From positions 1 to 46,203 of IMG/VR virus record IMGVR_UViG_3300027815_000011: 46,203 bases of DNA; one strand, 5' to 3'. Below are positions 44,667 to 46,203 of the stretch, piece after piece. The notes beneath the pieces are model-generated. The model saw nothing but the letters and a program-made list of their open reading frames with translations, did no database searches and had not been told where the DNA came from. The number at the start of each line of letters is the position of its first letter. The first letter of the stretch is position 1. Made by a program: the position numbers and the translations under genes. This DNA is from a virus (taxonomy: Duplodnaviria > Caudoviricetes).

Positions 44667-46203
44667 ATGAAAACACTTCTGAATTTCCTCCGTCCCGCGA
44701 CGATAATTTCCGCGCTACCGAACACAATAGCGAATGGTCAGGTGGCGGATGCGACGCCGGTGATGGCGGACTTCAATCACATCGTCAATCAGGTGAATGC
44801 GAACGCCGCGCAACTCTCGCTCACGCCTCAACTCGCGGCTGCCAACACGTTTACCGCTGTGCAGACTGGTATGGCTGGCACATCGTCAACGCACTTTCCG
44901 ATTTCAAGCCAAATCCAAAACGATGTATTCCGCACGCTGACTTCAACCCTTGGCACGAACACGATAACGGCACGCAACGCGACGCTGCCGCTGAGCGCAC
45001 TCGCAAACGGCCAGATTTTCACGTTCATCCCGAGCCAGACGAACACGGGGCCAGCGACGCTCAATCCTGACGCGGTAGGTGCTGCCGCAATTTTCTTGGG
45101 CGGCACCAACGTCATTTCGGGACAGATACTGAAAGACGTGCCGCTCGCTGTGAGATACGAAAGCCCGAACTTTCACGCGATCGCTCCCGGCAATGCTTCG
45201 ATAGCGACCAGCGTTCCGGTTGGCGGGATCACGGGGCTTGGAGCGGGAGTTGCGACCGCGCTTGCTGTCAACGTCGGATTGGCAGGTGCTTTCGTCACGT
45301 TCAACGGCGCAGGTGGCACGCCAAGCTCGATGACGGCGACGAACCTGACGGGCACCGCTGCTGGCTTGACCGCAGGCGCTGCGAGCGCAGTCGCAGTCGG
45401 AGGCATCACAGGTCTCGGGGCAAACGTAGCCACATTCCTTGCCACTCCCACGAGCGCGAATCTGTTTGCCGCCGTTGCGACAACTACCACTGGCAGCGGC
45501 TCGCTGGTTGGCAGCGCATCTCCAACTCTCTCCGGCACCGTAGGCGGCGCACTCTCTTGGTCCGGCGCGCAGACCTTCAACGCAGGCGCAGTAATAGCCG
45601 CCTCGCAAGCCCTGACCGGCACGGTAGCCAGCAGCACGATCAGCGGGTTCCTGAGTGTTGCTGCGACGACGGGCACGTTTACGAATGTTGGCGGGACGCT
45701 GACGACGGCATCACAAACAAATGTCACCGGATTAGGAACAGTCACAACAGGTATCTGGAACGCAGGTGCAGTAACGAGTAGTGGGGCAGGTTCATTTGCT
45801 GGCGCTGTATCAGCGCACACTACGCCAACTGGCGGCCAGTCAATCTTAACAATAGGCGCAATCAGCGGAGATGCTGGCGGCGCACTGAAGTTTATCAACA
45901 CAGCGTCGTATAAGAATTGGCAGTTTTCCAACAACTACATCAACAGCGGCGTGCTTGAGTGGACGCCCTCTACTGCTGCCGGTGGTAGCACGTTCACAAC
46001 TCCAGTAATGACGCTCACCAACGCTGGAAATCTTTCCGTCACCGGCACCATAACAGGAACCCTAGCCACAGCCGCCCAACCGAACATCACTTCCCTTGGC
46101 ACGATTGCTGCGCTGGTGGCGGGGACGGGGGCGTTTAGTGGCGATGTTGCAATAGGTGGAGCCGCGTCTACAGGTGTTGTTCACATACAATCTTCAACTG
46201 TTA
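44667..46203 (+). CDS. tail fibre protein 2 (3'-truncated by the window end)
   Basis: MKTLLNFLRPATIISALP...; the first ~170 aa are paralogous to fibre 1; Gly/Thr/Ala-rich; no stop seen before the end. Confidence 0.8.
   Translation, partial: MKTLLNFLRPATIISALPNTIANGQVADATPVMADFNHIVNQVNANAAQLSLTPQLAAANTFTAVQTGMAGTSSTHFPISSQIQNDVFRTLTSTLGTNTITARNATLPLSALANGQIFTFIPSQTNTGPATLNPDAVGAAAIFLGGTNVISGQILKDVPLAVRYESPNFHAIAPGNASIATSVPVGGITGLGAGVATALAVNVGLAGAFVTFNGAGGTPSSMTATNLTGTAAGLTAGAASAVAVGGITGLGANVATFLATPTSANLFAAVATTTTGSGSLVGSASPTLSGTVGGALSWSGAQTFNAGAVIAASQALTGTVASSTISGFLSVAATTGTFTNVGGTLTTASQTNVTGLGTVTTGIWNAGAVTSSGAGSFAGAVSAHTTPTGGQSILTIGAISGDAGGALKFINTASYKNWQFSNNYINSGVLEWTPSTAAGGSTFTTPVMTLTNAGNLSVTGTITGTLATAAQPNITSLGTIAALVAGTGAFSGDVAIGGAASTGVVHIQSSTV

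Noticed and set aside
41893-46203. Diversity-generating retroelement acting on the tail fibres
   Set aside because: No reverse transcriptase, and the repeat differences are not adenine-specific.

Overview
The window is most of the genome of a short-tailed (podovirus-like) dsDNA phage, opened inside the tail-fibre region and probably infecting a high-GC Gram-negative host. I see no integrase, DNA polymerase, primase or helicase. Layout: lysis genes (0.5-2.7 kb); a GT2-like glycosyltransferase and three ejection proteins (2.7-9 kb); a leftward operon of recombination genes followed by sugar-modifying enzymes (9.5-19 kb); a small HTH/RuvC/GapR-like unit; leftward early genes under a sigma-54-type promoter; a ~1 kb largely non-coding control region; a rightward unit (RHH protein, C5 methyltransferase, DmhA-like dehydratase, nucleotidyltransferase, atypical tRNA-fMet, HddA-like kinase, PAPS-reductase-like protein); then terminase, portal, head and tail genes. 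Best candidates for undescribed biology: (1) six, possibly seven, virion proteins share an N-terminal leader ending in F-[LFT]-[RT]-[PL]-[AG], and an M48-like HExxH peptidase sits where a prohead protease would normally be; (2) a phage-encoded pathway for a 6-deoxyheptose-derived, probably branched sugar, plus three glycosyltransferases, two of them among virion genes, which suggests virion glycosylation; (3) a 47-aa ORF, absent from the supplied ORF track, that copies the scaffold C-terminal REKRLxxxxI tail; (4) an initiator tRNA with a compensatory U19:A56 elbow pair, followed by a structured RNA. All functional calls come from motif recognition by eye; no database searches were run.
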